Shown: positions 12,514 to 21,581, counted from the stretch's first letter. The stretch: DNA of 64,000 nt from Actinomycetota bacterium (GCA_040757835.1 JBFLWJ010000003.1:146960-210959); one strand, 5' to 3'. The notes: generated by a model from the letters alone, not told the origin. Numbers and translations: made by a program.

Positions 12514-12824
12514 GTGGCGCTTATCGTCTTCCTCGGCTCCCTGGCCATGGGGTTCATCTGCCTGGTGGTGCTGGTCTATTCGGCCCTGCGCATCTACCGC
12601 ACAGCCCGCTATGCCTACAAGGACACGCAGCCATGGGTGAAGCTCTTCCGGGAATACCTCGAGGAGTTGCAGGCCGCGGCCAGGATCATGGAGGGGCGGG
12701 TCCAGGGCATCAACGGGACCAGCCAGGAGATAAGGGAGAACGTGGAAGATATCCGGGATGCCCTTGAAGAATTGAACTCACACCCGCTGCTGCGCACGGC
12801 CCGCTTCGCCGGCCGCTTCCGCCG

Positions 12825-12828
<4 letters not shown>
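12514..12828 (+). CDS. small membrane protein with TM helix followed by coiled-coil (DUF948-like architecture)
   Basis: [25 protein letters not shown] then [37 protein letters not shown]. Start (GTG 12514 or ATG 12547) uncertain. 3' end overlaps clpX convergently. Confidence 0.45.
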
Positions 12829-14087
<1,259 letters not shown>

Positions 14088-14215
14088 TGAGGTCTACCTC
14101 CGTGTTTTGCCTGTCTCTAACAACGTCCCCGCCGGCACACTATTACTTATCGGCCGCCGCGTCCGCTTCATTACATCCTTTTCGCCACCGGTCCCGCCAT
14201 ACCCGTATGAGACGC

Positions 14216-14827
14216 CTACTTGAGCTTCGCCTCTTCCTCCACCTTCTTCTCGATCAGGGCATCGATGACCCCGTATTCCATGGCCTCTTGCGCGGTCATG
14301 ATGAAGTCGCGGTCGGTGTCCGCCCTGATGCGGTCCAGGGGCTGTCCGGTGTGGTCGGAGAGTATCTTGTCCAGGAGGTCGCGCAAGCGCAGTATCTCGC
14401 GGGCATGGATATCGATGTCCACCGCCTGGCCGCTGGTTCCCCCCGCCGGTTGGTGCAGCAGCACCCGCGAGTGGGGGAGCGCGAAACGCTTGCCCGCCGC
14501 CCCGGCGCAGAGCAGCAACGCCGCGCCCGACGCCGCCTGCCCGATGCAGATGGTCGAGACGTCCGAGTTCACGTACTGCATGGTGTCGTAGATGGCAAGG
14601 GTGGAGGTGACCACCCCTCCCGGACTGTTGATATAGATATGTATGTCCTTGCCCGGGTCCTCGGAATCGAGGTGGAGGAGTTGGGCCATGACCACGTTGG
14701 CCACGTGGTCGTCAATCTCCGTACCCAGGAAGATGATGCGGTCCTTGAGCAGGCGAGAATAGATGTCGAAAGACCGCTCGCCGCGGTTCGTCTGTTCGAT
14801 CACGATAGGTATGAGGCTGGTATCCAT
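14216..14827 (-). CDS. clpP: ATP-dependent Clp protease proteolytic subunit ClpP
   Basis: 203 aa; catalytic region [11 protein letters not shown] (Ser), HQP (His); order tig-clpP-clpX. Confidence 0.95.
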   Translation of the reverse strand: MDTSLIPIVIEQTNRGERSFDIYSRLLKDRIIFLGTEIDDHVANVVMAQLLHLDSEDPGKDIHIYINSPGGVVTSTLAIYDTMQYVNSDVSTICIGQAASGAALLLCAGAAGKRFALPHSRVLLHQPAGGTSGQAVDIDIHAREILRLRDLLDKILSDHTGQPLDRIRADTDRDFIMTAQEAMEYGVIDALIEKKVEEEAKLK

Positions 14828-14907
14828 ATCTCATCACCCTTTTCTTCCGCGAAAACGTCTATTTAAGAAAGATTATACCCGCGCACCGACAACAGCCGCC
14901 TCGATAT

Positions 14908-16350
14908 CTATCCTTCCTGCTCCGGTGCCTGGTCATCCCGTGGCGGGACCGCTTCGGTGGGGTTCTCTTCGTCTGCTTCCGCCTTATTCCCAACGGTTTC
15001 TGACTTCGCCTCGGCGGTTTCGGTTCCGGAGGCCGCTTTGCCTCCTTCACCGGCAAAAACGGCATTGTCCCCTAAAAACTTGAGGGCTTTTCTGCGCCGC
15101 AGGTCCTCGCGCATCTCCTCCAGCGCGCCCCGCTCTTCCAGAACCTTGCGGAAGCTCTCTGCCGGCACCCCGAACATCTCCGCCCGCGCCGCTACCTCTT
15201 CCTCCAATTCCTCGTCACCGACCTCCAGGCTTTCCGCGCGGATCACCGCGTCCAGGATCAGCTCATTGCGGATGAGCTTCCTGGCCTCGGTCTCGAACTC
15301 CTCCTCCATGCGCTCCGGTGTGTAATCGACCGCCTCGAGGTAATTGTCCAGGGTCAAGCCGCTCGAAGAGAGGCGGGCCTCCAGCTCGTGCTGGCGGTGG
15401 TGGGCGTAGTCCTCCACCATCTTCTCGGGTATGTCCACCTCCAGGCCTTCCTCCAGCTTCTTGAGCACCTGCATGCGTACTGACTCCTCGGCCTGTGCCT
15501 TCTTGGCCTCGGCCAGCTTGCCGCGGATGTCCTCCTCCAACTCGGCTATGGTGTCGAATTTGCTGGCCTCCTTCGCGAAATCGTCGTTGGCTTCGGGTAG
15601 CTTCTTTACCTTGACCTCCTTCACTATCACCTTGAACGAGGCGACCTTCCCGGCCAGCTCCTCGTCGGGGAACTGCTCCGGCATCTTCACCTTGATGTCC
15701 AGGATATCCCCCTTGCGCTTTCCCCGCAGCTCCTCGTTGAACTCGGGCCAGATGTTCTCCGTGCCGATCTCCAGCATGAAGTCCTTGGCCGATCCGCCCT
15801 CGAAAGCCACGTCGTTAACCGTGCCGTCGAAGTCGATGAGGGCGAAGTCGCCGTCGGCGAGTACCTTGCCAGAGACCACGTCCAGCTGCGCGAACTTCTC
15901 GCGCATGCTGCCCAAGACCCTCTCCACCTCCTCAGCGGTGACCTCTTCGTCCGGGCGCTCCACCTCAACGCCCACGTAGCCAGCCAGTTCCACCCGGGGT
16001 TTTATCTCCACCGTGGCCTCGAAAGCCAGGGGCTTCCCCTCCGCGATCTCGATCTCGTCGACATCGATATCGGGCTCGTCGATGGGCTCGATGCCCAACT
16101 TGTCCAGGGCTTCCGCGTAGTAGTCCGGCAGGTTGGCTTGCTTGACCTCCTGGTAGATAGCGTCCATACCCAGTCTGGCCTGCAGCACGCGGCGCGGCAC
16201 CTTTCCCTTGCGGAAACCGGGGATGGTCACCTCCCGGGCGATATCGCGAAACGCGCGGTCCACCGCCTTGCCGATGTCCTCCGCGGGGACCTCGACCCTT
16301 ATACGCACCTTGTTCTTGTCTACTTCCTCCATCTCAGCTTTCACGGCCAC
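14908..16350 (-). CDS. tig: trigger factor
   Basis: 480 aa; N-terminal ribosome-binding region and FKBP-type PPIase region (GFRKGKVP), acidic C-terminal domain; upstream of clpP-clpX. Confidence 0.9.
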   Translation of the reverse strand: MAVKAEMEEVDKNKVRIRVEVPAEDIGKAVDRAFRDIAREVTIPGFRKGKVPRRVLQARLGMDAIYQEVKQANLPDYYAEALDKLGIEPIDEPDIDVDEIEIAEGKPLAFEATVEIKPRVELAGYVGVEVERPDEEVTAEEVERVLGSMREKFAQLDVVSGKVLADGDFALIDFDGTVNDVAFEGGSAKDFMLEIGTENIWPEFNEELRGKRKGDILDIKVKMPEQFPDEELAGKVASFKVIVKEVKVKKLPEANDDFAKEASKFDTIAELEEDIRGKLAEAKKAQAEESVRMQVLKKLEEGLEVDIPEKMVEDYAHHRQHELEARLSSSGLTLDNYLEAVDYTPERMEEEFETEARKLIRNELILDAVIRAESLEVGDEELEEEVAARAEMFGVPAESFRKVLEERGALEEMREDLRRRKALKFLGDNAVFAGEGGKAASGTETAEAKSETVGNKAEADEENPTEAVPPRDDQAPEQEG

Positions 16351-16395
16351 CTCACGTGCTCCTTCCAGTCATATCTTCACTCGCTCGGACCGGCG

Positions 16396-16428
16396 TAAAA
16401 AATCCCACCCCCGTGCGGGTGCGGGAGC
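16396..16428 (-). terminator. hairpin + U-tract downstream of tRNA-Leu (minus strand)
   Basis: Minus-strand reading: CCCGCACCCGCACGGGGGTGGG followed by ATTTTTTAC; lies between the tRNA-Leu 3' end and the tig start. Confidence 0.5.
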
Positions 16429-16431
16429 TCC

Positions 16432-16519
16432 TGGTGCGAGAGGGGGGACTCGAACCCCCACGGTCATAAAACCACTGGGTCCTAAGCCCAGCGCGTCTAC
16501 CATTCCGCCACTCTCGCCC
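16432..16519 (-). tRNA. tRNA-Leu (anticodon TAG), long variable arm, encoded CCA
   Basis: rc = GGGCGAGAGTGGCGGAATGGTAGACGCGCTGGGCTTAGGACCCAGTGGTTTTATGACCGTGGGGGTTCGAGTCCCCCCTCTCGCACCA; cloverleaf with anticodon loop CU-UAG-GA. Confidence 0.9.
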
Positions 16520-16613
16520 GATTATCCGGGGTTCAAGAACGATAAATATACTACTACTTGCATAAAGACGAGGCAAACAGCCGCATCAGCGCCGCATCGG
16601 GTCACGACGGCCA

Positions 16614-16790
16614 GCATCGCGTAAGTAAGGTTTTCGCCTAGCGAAAGCCTCATTGCGGGAAGTGGAGCGACGTGGCAACCTCGATTGGGTCTTGCGCTGA
16701 AAAAATGGGGGGCTGGAGCGCGACGGCGCCAGTCGCCTGGACGATTCCGATCGTCCAGGCCTGGCACATATGCTCCGGGATGCAACGACC
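16614..16790. repeat. copy A of unrecognised structured intergenic element family ('S element'), long form
   Basis: ATCGCGTAAG...GGAGCGACGTGGCAACCTCGAT...GGAGCGCGACGGCGCC...CGCCTGGACGATTCCGATCGTCCAGGCCTGGCACATATGCTCCGGG. Between divergent tRNA-Leu and tRNA-Arg. Homologous to 36344-36500, 45592-45684 and inverted 7128-7235. Confidence 0.7.
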
Positions 16791-16808
16791 CATGCAACTG
16801 TTTTCAAG

Positions 16809-16817
16809 TGCTATAAT
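16809..16817 (+). promoter_or_regulatory. extended -10 promoter (TGcTATAAT) for tRNA-Arg/tRNA-His
   Basis: GTGCTATAATCTCCTTGCGGAACGTG; hexamer ends 15 nt before the tRNA-Arg mature 5' end. The same TGCTATAAT motif occurs upstream of tRNA-Pro. Confidence 0.55.
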
Positions 16818-16832
16818 CTCCTTGCGGAACGT

Positions 16833-16908
16833 GCGCCTGTAGCTCAAAGGATAGAGCAGCGGACTTCTAATCCGCAGGTTGGAGGTTCGAGTCCTCCCAG
16901 GCGTGCCA
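16833..16908 (+). tRNA. tRNA-Arg (anticodon TCT), encoded CCA
   Basis: GCGCCTGTAGCTCAAAGGATAGAGCAGCGGACTTCTAATCCGCAGGTTGGAGGTTCGAGTCCTCCCAGGCGTGCCA; anticodon loop CU-TCT-AA. Confidence 0.9.
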
Positions 16909-16918
16909 GAAAGAACGT

Positions 16919-16994
16919 GGTGGGCGTAGCTCAGCCGGAAGAGCACTGGGTTGTGGCCCCAGAGGTCGCGGGTTCAAGTCCCGTCGCTCACCCC
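16919..16994 (+). tRNA. tRNA-His (anticodon GTG) with encoded G-1 and CCA
   Basis: G-GTGGGCGTAGCTCAGCCGGAAGAGCACTGGGTTGTGGCCCCAGAGGTCGCGGGTTCAAGTCCCGTCGCTCACCCCA; the extra 5' G pairs with discriminator C73 (His identity element). Confidence 0.9.
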
Positions 16995-17004
16995 AGCATA
17001 AGGA

Positions 17005-17034
17005 GCAAGGGCTAAAGCCCTTGCTTTCGCTTTC
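17005..17034 (+). terminator. rho-independent terminator after tRNA-His
   Basis: GCAAGGGC-TAAA-GCCCTTGC followed by TTTCGCTTTC. Confidence 0.7.
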
Positions 17035-17187
17035 AGCATACAGACCGGGCGCGTCCAGCCGGTTCCGCCGTCGCAGGCCCGCCGGAGATAATCCGCGTGT
17101 ATGGCGCCACCGGCCTCGCGGGCCGTGCAGGCAGCTTCCCGTCCTCGCGTCCGCCCCCCCGGATCATGGCGGTAGCTCGACCGGCAC

Positions 17188-17988
17188 TTGCATCCGCGGC
17201 GTTCCGGGGTGAGAATTGAGTATGCTCTATACGGCTTTATCCGAGAGGTTCTATTGAAGGCAAATCTGCCCAGGAAGATATGGCTCATGCTGGTGGTCCT
17301 CTACGCCACCTTGCGGATATCCATCCAGAACATCTACAAGGTCTACCTCGGGGGCGGGTATGACCGCGCTTTCGGCGACAGGATATTCCGCTGGTATGCC
17401 AACACCCTGTGCGACTCGGTAAGGATGCGCCGAACCGTCAACGATCCCTATGGCCTGGAGCTGGAGCCGGGCAGGCCATACATGGTGATGTGCAACCACC
17501 GCAGCCTTTACGACATCCCCCTGTCGGTGGCCAGCCTCCCCGGCAGCCTGCGTATGCTCACCAAGCAGGAACTCCGCCGCGTGCCCATCTGGGGAAAGGC
17601 GCTGGATTGTGGGGAGTTCGTCTTCATCGACCGCTCCGACCTGGAGAAGGCCAAGCTCTCGCTGGCCGAGGCCCGCAAGGTGATGCAGAGCGGCGTACTC
17701 TTGTGGGTGGCCGCCGAGGGCACCCGCTCCAGGGACGGTACGCTCGGGGCCTTCAAGAAGGGGGGGTTCATCACCGCCATCGAGGCGGGAGCCACCATCA
17801 TCCCGGTGGGGATACAGGGCACGGAGAAGGTGATGCCCCCGCGGAAATGGGATTTCTACCTCGACCAGGAGGTCACCTTCAGCATCGGCGCGCCCATCGA
17901 CGCTTCCGCCTACACCCTCGAGCAGAGGGACGAGCTCATCGCGGCGGTGAGGGCTTCCATCGCCGAGCTCATCGGCGAGAGCGCTTGA
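17188..17988 (+). CDS. 1-acyl-sn-glycerol-3-phosphate acyltransferase family protein (PlsC-like)
   Basis: NHRSLYDIP (HX4D-type motif) and AAEGTRS motif; start may be a downstream in-frame codon. Confidence 0.8.
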   Translation: MHPRRSGVRIEYALYGFIREVLLKANLPRKIWLMLVVLYATLRISIQNIYKVYLGGGYDRAFGDRIFRWYANTLCDSVRMRRTVNDPYGLELEPGRPYMVMCNHRSLYDIPLSVASLPGSLRMLTKQELRRVPIWGKALDCGEFVFIDRSDLEKAKLSLAEARKVMQSGVLLWVAAEGTRSRDGTLGAFKKGGFITAIEAGATIIPVGIQGTEKVMPPRKWDFYLDQEVTFSIGAPIDASAYTLEQRDELIAAVRASIAELIGESA

Positions 17989-18010
17989 TGGCCAGCAAGG
18001 CGAAGGGCAC

Positions 18011-18856
18011 TCACAGATGGCGGTCTATCAGCCGCAGCGAGGTCCTGAGGCCCGCCACTGCCAGGCGGCGGTTGACGCGCCAGAACAGGTCGAGGAGTTT
18101 GGTCTCGATCCCCGCGTTTACGATGCCCCGGTCGCGCTCCACCGCGCGGACCACCTGCTCGGCGACCCTGGCGGGTGTGCCTATCGATCCACGCAGGAAC
18201 CGGACCGTCCTTGAGCCCTCCATGGCTTTAGGATCCAGGGACATACGCCCGGCCGGCGAGATGAGCCGCATCGAATCGGCGATGTTGGTGTTCATCGCGC
18301 CCGGGCAGACCACGGAGACCCCGATGCCGTAGGCCGCGCCTTCACCGCGCAGGCTCTGAGAGAAAGCGAGGACCGCGGCCTTGAGCGTGCCGTACGCGGA
18401 CATCAGCGGCAGGGGGGCGTGCGCCGCCGCGGAGGATATGTTTACTATATGCCCGCGGCCCCTCTCCTTCATGCGCGGGTAGAAGAAGTGGCAACCGTAG
18501 ATGACGCCCCAGAAGTCAATGCCGGCTATCCACTCCCAGTCGTCTAGGGTCAGCGCCTCGAAGCGGCCGGCGCAGGTCACGCCGGCGTTGTTGACGAGCA
18601 CGTCTACCGCCCCCGAGCGCTCGAGCACGTGCTCGCTCCACGCTCCCACCTGCTCCGCCCGGGACACGTCCACCACCTCCATAGAGACCTCTGCGCCCGC
18701 GCGCTCGAGCTCCCGGCAGATGCCGCACAGCCTGTCCGAATCCACGTCGCACAGCTCGAGGCGCGCTCCCCTCCGCGCGAACGCACGTGCGATCTCGGCG
18801 CCGAGGCCGCTCGCCGCCCCCGTGACCGCCACCACCTTGCCGCGAAAATCATCCAT
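18011..18856 (-). CDS. short-chain dehydrogenase/reductase (SDR) family oxidoreductase
   Basis: TGAASGLGAEIA (Rossmann TGxxxGxG), NNAG, and active-site Tyr-x3-Lys region; start at Met10 (MDDFRGKVVAV). Confidence 0.85.
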   Translation of the reverse strand: MDDFRGKVVAVTGAASGLGAEIARAFARRGARLELCDVDSDRLCGICRELERAGAEVSMEVVDVSRAEQVGAWSEHVLERSGAVDVLVNNAGVTCAGRFEALTLDDWEWIAGIDFWGVIYGCHFFYPRMKERGRGHIVNISSAAAHAPLPLMSAYGTLKAAVLAFSQSLRGEGAAYGIGVSVVCPGAMNTNIADSMRLISPAGRMSLDPKAMEGSRTVRFLRGSIGTPARVAEQVVRAVERDRGIVNAGIETKLLDLFWRVNRRLAVAGLRTSLRLIDRHL

Positions 18857-18923
18857 CCCTCTCCCCTTCTTGTCGCTTCCCACCGCTTTCGCGTCTTTAT
18901 GCGCTCCCGTGCAGAAGGCTCTT

Positions 18924-19151
18924 TCAGGCGGGTGCGCCGCCCTTCTCTCTCTCCGCCATGCGTTCTCTGACCAGGTCCTTCAGGGGGATGCCCATCTCCT
19001 TGAACTTCCTGTATTCGTGTTTCTGGTGCCAGCCCCAGATGATAAGGAAGGAGATTATGGCGCCCCGCCGGAACCAGGCCTTTCTGTCCTTGCCCCAGGA
19101 CTCCGCGATGGAACCACAGCAATGGCCGATGATCAATGCGATGAACAGCAT
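18924..19151 (-). CDS. small hydrophobic protein (possible PLDc_N-like membrane protein)
   Basis: 75 aa; hydrophobic stretches MLFIALIIGHCC... and AIISFLIIWGW then a basic tail. No confident family assignment. Confidence 0.35.
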   Translation of the reverse strand: MLFIALIIGHCCGSIAESWGKDRKAWFRRGAIISFLIIWGWHQKHEYRKFKEMGIPLKDLVRERMAEREKGGAPA

Positions 19152-19253
19152 CGGGCGACCTCCAATCTCCTCCTTTTGTACCGATATTGGTATCGGAAGC
19201 CGCGCAGGTCTCGATAATACCTCGAGCGGGGGCCGGCAGGCTCGGGCGGGGCC

Positions 19254-19880
19254 CTACTCCACGATGTAGTGGAGATAGCTGATGGCCGGTTTGGATACGG
19301 GCCGGTAGTCCCCCAGGTCGTGCTGGTAGCGGCAGTCGGTCAGGGGGCCGCAGTCGGACCCGCCCCAGGTGCAGCGCCCACCGCTGATGAGGAAGACCTT
19401 CTCCATGCGGAAATGGCTCTTGCGCCCCAGCTCGGTGTAGCCGGCCATCTTGGTGTTGGGGTCGGTGCCCATGATGGGCGCGGCCAGCCGGGGGACAAGC
19501 CTGCAGTAGAGGGGATTGCGCGCGACCACGTCGGGGACGAGGCGCAGCATGGGGTTCATCAGCTTGAGCAGGAGGGTCGCCTTGTAGTCCACCTCGATGC
19601 GGAGCCGGCCTCTCTCCCCCGTGTCCAGTTCGATGGTCCAGCGGCCGTCCTGACGGCGCGAGGTGATGTCGGTCACCACCTGCTCGTCGGAGCGGTGGAT
19701 GGTCGAGAGGAGGTCCCTGCCCGCCTCGTTGGAGGCGTAGAGGGTGCGGAAGTCGTCGGGGGTGAAGTGCATGAGGGCGCTGTAGGGCCCCACCGGCGTC
19801 TCGTCCCAGTCCTCGAAGAAGAATACGTCGTCCGGGCCGAACTGCATGGTGATGATGAACCAACCCTTCTCAACGATCAT
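19254..19880 (-). CDS. hypothetical protein (208 aa)
   Basis: Long ORF with G+C like its flanks and a start near the tRNA-Pro terminator-like hairpin. No recognisable motifs. Confidence 0.5.
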   Translation of the reverse strand: MIVEKGWFIITMQFGPDDVFFFEDWDETPVGPYSALMHFTPDDFRTLYASNEAGRDLLSTIHRSDEQVVTDITSRRQDGRWTIELDTGERGRLRIEVDYKATLLLKLMNPMLRLVPDVVARNPLYCRLVPRLAAPIMGTDPNTKMAGYTELGRKSHFRMEKVFLISGGRCTWGGSDCGPLTDCRYQHDLGDYRPVSKPAISYLHYIVE

Positions 19881-19955
19881 CTCTTCCCTCCCGCTCCTCT
19901 CAGGCCGCCGGGCATTGATTTATTGAAGGCCGGGCCCATCCCGGCCTTTGTCCCT

Positions 19956-20032
19956 GGTCGGGGTGGGCGGATTTGAACCGCCGACCTCATGCTCCCAAAG
20001 CATGCGCGCTAACCAAGCTGCGCTACACCCCG
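19956..20032 (-). tRNA. tRNA-Pro (anticodon TGG), encoded CCA
   Basis: rc = CGGGGTGTAGCGCAGCTTGGTTAGCGCGCATGCTTTGGGAGCATGAGGTCGGCGGTTCAAATCCGCCCACCCCGACCA; anticodon loop UU-TGG-GA. Confidence 0.9.
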
Positions 20033-20040
20033 TCGCCATG

Positions 20041-20049
20041 ATTATAGCA
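20041..20049 (-). promoter_or_regulatory. extended -10 promoter (TGcTATAAT) for tRNA-Pro
   Basis: Minus strand reads GATGCTATAATCATGGCGACGG then the tRNA 5' end; hexamer ends 8 nt before the mature 5' end. Identical 9-mer to the tRNA-Arg promoter. Confidence 0.55.
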
Positions 20050-20094
20050 TCGCCTTTGCCGGTGGCGTTCTATGCTAATATATCCTCGTGGCGA

Positions 20095-20170
20095 GCGGGA
20101 GTAGCTCAGATGGAAGAGCGAGAGCCTTCCAAGCTCTAGGTCGCGGGTTCGAGGCCCGTCTCCCGCTCCA
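20095..20170 (+). tRNA. tRNA-Gly (anticodon TCC), encoded CCA; insertion target of a genomic islet
   Basis: GCGGGAGTAGCTCAGATGGAAGAGCGAGAGCCTTCCAAGCTCTAGGTCGCGGGTTCGAGGCCCGTCTCCCGCTCCA; anticodon loop CU-TCC-AA. Confidence 0.9.
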
Positions 20171-20176
20171 TTTTTA

Positions 20177-20590
20177 CTATTTTCTTGTGCTAAAGGAGAC
20201 GTGGGCCTCAGGGCTTCCGTCTATTCTTATTTCCCAACGGTACCTCTTTCCAGGCTCCAGCTTGAGATTGGTGAAATTGAGGGCCTGTTTTACGCTGATT
20301 GGGGAGCCAGGTGGTACATTTGGGGGACGCCCAGCATTGAAATTTCCCTCTACTATTACTGGTGATGAAGGCTCCCCGACCATAACTTTTTCACCATCTT
20401 CAGTTTGCAGCTCGAGTTCAAATCGATGGTCTTGATTCGTCTCTGTCCATCCTACCTTTATATCAACGGCAAGCCCCATATGGTTGATGAGTGCATTACA
20501 TATGTCCCATCCTCCACCAAGGATAAAGAATTTACCTTCCACAACTTCAGCGGCATCACAAAGCATCACCATTATCTCCAATTCAATCAC
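20177..20590 (-). CDS. hypothetical protein, third gene of the islet operon (translationally coupled to antitoxin via ATGA)
   Basis: 137 aa; start overlaps the upstream stop (ATGA at 20587-20590). Beta-rich sequence with no recognisable motif. Confidence 0.5.
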   Translation of the reverse strand: MIELEIMVMLCDAAEVVEGKFFILGGGWDICNALINHMGLAVDIKVGWTETNQDHRFELELQTEDGEKVMVGEPSSPVIVEGNFNAGRPPNVPPGSPISVKQALNFTNLKLEPGKRYRWEIRIDGSPEAHVSFSTRK

Positions 20591-21056
20591 CTCCCCTCCG
20601 TCATGTTGGAGTTGATGCTTATATCCCTAAGCTCTCCTTCGGTACTATCGAAGTTGACTATGGGATCATATTCTGCAGCATTTCCGGAAAAAGCTATGCT
20701 TCTGGTCACAAAGAATCTATACGGCTGGCCATATAGATTCTTGCTAACCAAGTTCTTAAGATCATAGATGCTGCTTTCCTGCTCTTCTATTCTCCTGCAT
20801 AGAATCTCGGCTAGCTTGAACGTTGGTACCTTTTCACTTTTCTTCAATAGCCCCTCTCTTATCATTTCTCTTGCCAAGGTTGACGTTGGCATGTTCATTT
20901 CTCTCGCTTGGTCCACAAGCATCCTCAGCAATTCGGCATCTATTTTCATACTAAACACGGTGGATTTCTCCCTGGCTGGTGCAACCTCCAGCTCGATTCC
21001 TCCAACTTCATCCCAACCTTCTTCAAACATTGTCTCTTCGTCGTCTGCAAACTTCA
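20587..21056 (-). CDS. BrnA-like ribbon-helix-helix antitoxin with ~80-aa C-terminal extension
   Basis: MKFADDEETMFEEGWDEV... then RHH region STVFSMKIDAELLRMLVDQAREMNMPTSTLAREMIREGL. Its ATG overlaps the toxin stop (ATGA 21053-21056). ORF-track start at 21084 is an upstream in-frame TTG. Confidence 0.65.
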
Positions 21057-21319
21057 TTTCTTTACCTCCATTGCGGTGATACAAAACCAGGTACCCTCTT
21101 CCCTGCTATCTGGATTAATGAATATCTTTAGCCTTCTCCCTCCACGAGTCTTCCCAATCACTTTGAAGCGATATCCGTGCTTGTGGCTGAATTCTGGAAT
21201 TATCGTTCTTTCTTCATCCTCAAAAATGACCTGCTCAATCTCTTCGTAATCAATATGGTGTTTCCTCTATAACTTGTCGATAGTGTCAAAAGTCCAGCTC
21301 AACCGTTCTATTCTATAGT
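21053..21319 (-). pseudogene. BrnT-like (DUF497) ribonuclease toxin interrupted by an in-frame amber codon
   Basis: Minus strand: ATG(21319) MVLHYRIERLSWTFDTIDKL-TAG(21257-21259)-RKHHIDYEEIEQVIFEDEERTIIPEFSHKHGYRFKVIGKTRGGRRLKIFINPDSREEGTWFCITAMEVKK-TGA. Matches the BrnT pattern WD..K...N..KHG..FEE...VF.D......R....G......L.V......IRIIS. No start codon downstream of the TAG. Confidence 0.6.
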
Positions 21320-21581
21320 GTAGAACCATCGATTCTCCTATAGTAATACCATAAGTATTACTATTATAGACATGTCTCGGCGCTTCTGCAACTGCTCCAA
21401 GAAAGGAGAAGGAAGTGGGTGAGGCGAGGAAGTCCAATGATGATAGTGAGGTGAACGGGGTGGCTTAGAGATGTGCTATAGACCAGAAGATGTGGTACTC
21501 TCCGGCAAGCTCATGATTATTTACACATCAAATATTAGTGCTACGAAGATGGCCTCCCGCTCCATTTTCTTCTCTCGCTGC

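Larger units (their letters stand above)
20160..21570. mobile_element. ~1.4-kb low-GC islet inserted at the tRNA-Gly 3' end, flanked by 15-bp direct repeat CTCCCGCTCCATTTT; no integrase present
   Basis: DR at 20160-20174 (tRNA 3' end) and 21556-21570. The interval is visibly AT-richer than its flanks (by eye ~40-45% GC vs ~65%). Carries a 3-gene TA-like operon on the minus strand. Confidence 0.7.

Noticed and set aside
19926-19950. Hairpin GGCCGGGCCCATCCCGGCC + TTT as terminator for tRNA-Pro
   Set aside because: T-tract is only 3 nt on the plus strand and absent on the tRNA (minus) strand, so not called as a feature; it may still act as a structure-dependent 3' processing signal.
20405-20767. 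120-aa plus-strand ORF inside the islet encoding ...KNLYGWPYRF...
   Set aside because: It is the mirror translation of the antitoxin gene's internal palindrome on the opposite strand, not an independent gene.
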